In this document: piece by piece, positions 62,863-64,000 of the stretch | How the letters are laid out: each line of letters opens with the position of its first letter | How positions within the stretch are numbered: position 1 is the stretch's first letter | Assembly: GCA_964490255.1 (NCBI GenBank) | Contig: CAZBCQ010000001.1 | Coordinates: 1,535 to 65,534 of the forward strand | Length of the DNA stretch: 64,000 bases | Direction of reading: 5' to 3' | Source of the DNA: an uncultured Terriglobales bacterium | Lineage (GTDB): Bacteria > Acidobacteriota > Terriglobia > Terriglobales > Acidobacteriaceae | Position numbers and translations under genes: made by a program | The notes under the pieces: generated by a model | The model's input: the letters and a program-made list of their open reading frames with translations, nothing else | Told to the model about the DNA's origin: nothing | Databases searched by the model: none

Positions 62863-64000
62863 TCAGTGTGGCTGGTAGCTCTCCATCATCTGGGCGGCAC
62901 GGTTGAGGGCATTGGTGAGTTCCGCGATTTGCGCGCGCGTAAGTTCCAAATCGTGGCGTTCGATGGCGTCGTTGATCCCTGGCAAGACAGCCGCAGAGTA
63001 AACCTTCAACTCGGAAGGCGCGAAAATCGAGTGCTTGAACCACGGACGCCGTGGCAGGCCATTGGTCAGCAAGAGCGACCGCTCGGTCTGAATGAGTACA
63101 TGGTTCAGTTGCGCAGGTTTTTTCCCCGACGCCGCCTGCAACGCGACAGTCCGGGCCGCCTGCGTGAAACGAGCGGCGGCGGTATCGATCTCAGCAAAGC
63201 TGGGGGCTTGTTCGCCGAAGGCATCACGGCAATTCTTCTCCGCGCTCTTCAAGTCACTGACGATCTCATTCCCATACGATTCGTAGTCGTAAGGCAGGAC
63301 GTCCGCATCCGCCATCCGTAACACTTCGAGTCCAAAAACACGAGATAGTTCCTGGGAGTAAACAAATGTCGTGTCGCCGAAGCGGCGGAACCAGTCGTAA
63401 TTGTCGAACGCAGAATGGTAGACGCCGTAATCCCCCGTGGAGCGCACGTCAGTTGATGGAATGCCGAGATGATCGATGAAGGCAGTGTAGTCGGAACCGC
63501 TGCCCAGGTCGCCAAGCGCTACGTCGTACCCCCCGCTCGTAGCCGGAGAGTTCATGTGACCGGATCCGCTCCAGCTATCGTAAAGGGTGCCACCCTTAGG
63601 GTTCGGCACGCTCCGCGTCACGTCACGCACAAAACGTTTCAGGCTGGGCGTGGCCGAAGCGCGGAAGTTCGGCCCGTACGCTCCTATGTCAGTATTGAAG
63701 TACGCAACCGCGCTCTGAAGGTCCGCTTCGTGTTCTTCAGCCCATTCAGTCGAGCCGATCAGGCCCTGTTCTTCGCCATCCCAACTGGCAATGACGATGG
63801 TCCGCTTGGGCCGCCACCCAGCTTTGAGCAATTCTCCGACGCCGTGGACAGCCTCCAGCATGGCAACGGTTCCGCTCACGGGATCGACCGCGCCGTAAAC
63901 CCATGCATCGCGATGATTGCCGGCGATCACCCACTCGTTCGGATACTGCGTCCCAGGGATTTTCCCGATCACATTCCAGATGGACCTATAGGCATATTCC
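62863..64000 (-). CDS. Glutamate carboxypeptidase II-like M28B peptidase (C-terminal ~380 aa; N-terminus lies beyond the window)
   Basis: The frame stays open to base 64000. ...NVIGKIPG...VIAGNHRDAWVYGAVDPVSGTVAML...WRPKRTIVIASWDGEEQGLIGSTEWAEE...LGSGSDYTAF...YHSAFD... plus a C-terminal helical dimerisation domain closely parallel GCPII/NAALADase-type enzymes. Confidence 0.9.
   Translation of the reverse strand, partial: EYAYRSIWNVIGKIPGTQYPNEWVIAGNHRDAWVYGAVDPVSGTVAMLEAVHGVGELLKAGWRPKRTIVIASWDGEEQGLIGSTEWAEEHEADLQSAVAYFNTDIGAYGPNFRASATPSLKRFVRDVTRSVPNPKGGTLYDSWSGSGHMNSPATSGGYDVALGDLGSGSDYTAFIDHLGIPSTDVRSTGDYGVYHSAFDNYDWFRRFGDTTFVYSQELSRVFGLEVLRMADADVLPYDYESYGNEIVSDLKSAEKNCRDAFGEQAPSFAEIDTAAARFTQAARTVALQAASGKKPAQLNHVLIQTERSLLLTNGLPRRPWFKHSIFAPSELKVYSAAVLPGINDAIERHDLELTRAQIAELTNALNRAAQMMESYQPH

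Noticed and set aside
1-64000. CRISPR arrays, tRNA/rRNA genes, transposases, integrases and prophage genes.
   Set aside because: I found no regularly spaced repeat arrays, no tRNA T-arm/acceptor signatures (GGTTCGAATCC-like) and no recognisable mobile-element ORFs while reading the window. A tRNAscan/Infernal run would be needed for certainty.

Overview
This is a 64-kb chromosomal segment from a high-GC Gram-negative bacterium. The gene content points to Acidobacteriota/Terriglobia, for example a CarboxypepD_reg-type TonB-dependent receptor and many TPR or secreted 'hypothetical' envelope proteins. That taxon call is inference, not a database hit.

Most of the window is densely packed housekeeping and envelope genes: gatB, HU, rsmD, serA plus a class-V aminotransferase, a GatB/YqeY protein, parA-parB with three parS palindromes, rsmG, prmC, queA, acnA, mntR-mntH, M16/M28/M50 peptidases, and a PAS histidine kinase. 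I recognised no rRNA, tRNA, CRISPR array, transposase or integrase.

The most unusual region is about 38.8-54.0 kb, where two divergently transcribed envelope operons lie side by side.
- Plus strand, eight tightly spaced or overlapping genes. The first is a 1393-aa signal-peptide, TPR and C-terminal beta-barrel protein (PelB/BcsC/PgaA-like architecture). It is followed by a GT4 glycosyltransferase, a nucleotidyltransferase-like/left-handed-beta-helix protein that lacks the canonical N-terminal glycine-rich signature, a STAS protein, a MOP/PST-family flippase-like protein (PelG/Wzx-like), an uncharacterised protein with a ParB/Srx-like 'EGNHR' motif, a P/A/S/Q-rich tail-anchored protein, and a dTMP-kinase-like P-loop protein.
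- Minus strand, four translationally coupled genes: a GT-C-like polytopic membrane protein and three secreted or anchored proteins with NTF2-like and Ig-like features.

I read the plus-strand operon as a non-canonical, Pel-like exopolysaccharide secretion system with a different regulatory and accessory gene set. This is a hypothesis that needs profile and structure searches.

Smaller observations include:
- a 22-bp-phased triple direct repeat (16248-16306)
- a perfect 14-bp palindrome upstream of the DtxR/MntR gene
- an ORF-free, A/T-richer 480-bp spacer (23137-23617)
- an A/T-richer islet at 35.2-36.1 kb
- an atypical receiver domain

Family assignments rest on motifs read by eye from the supplied translations. 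No searches were run.
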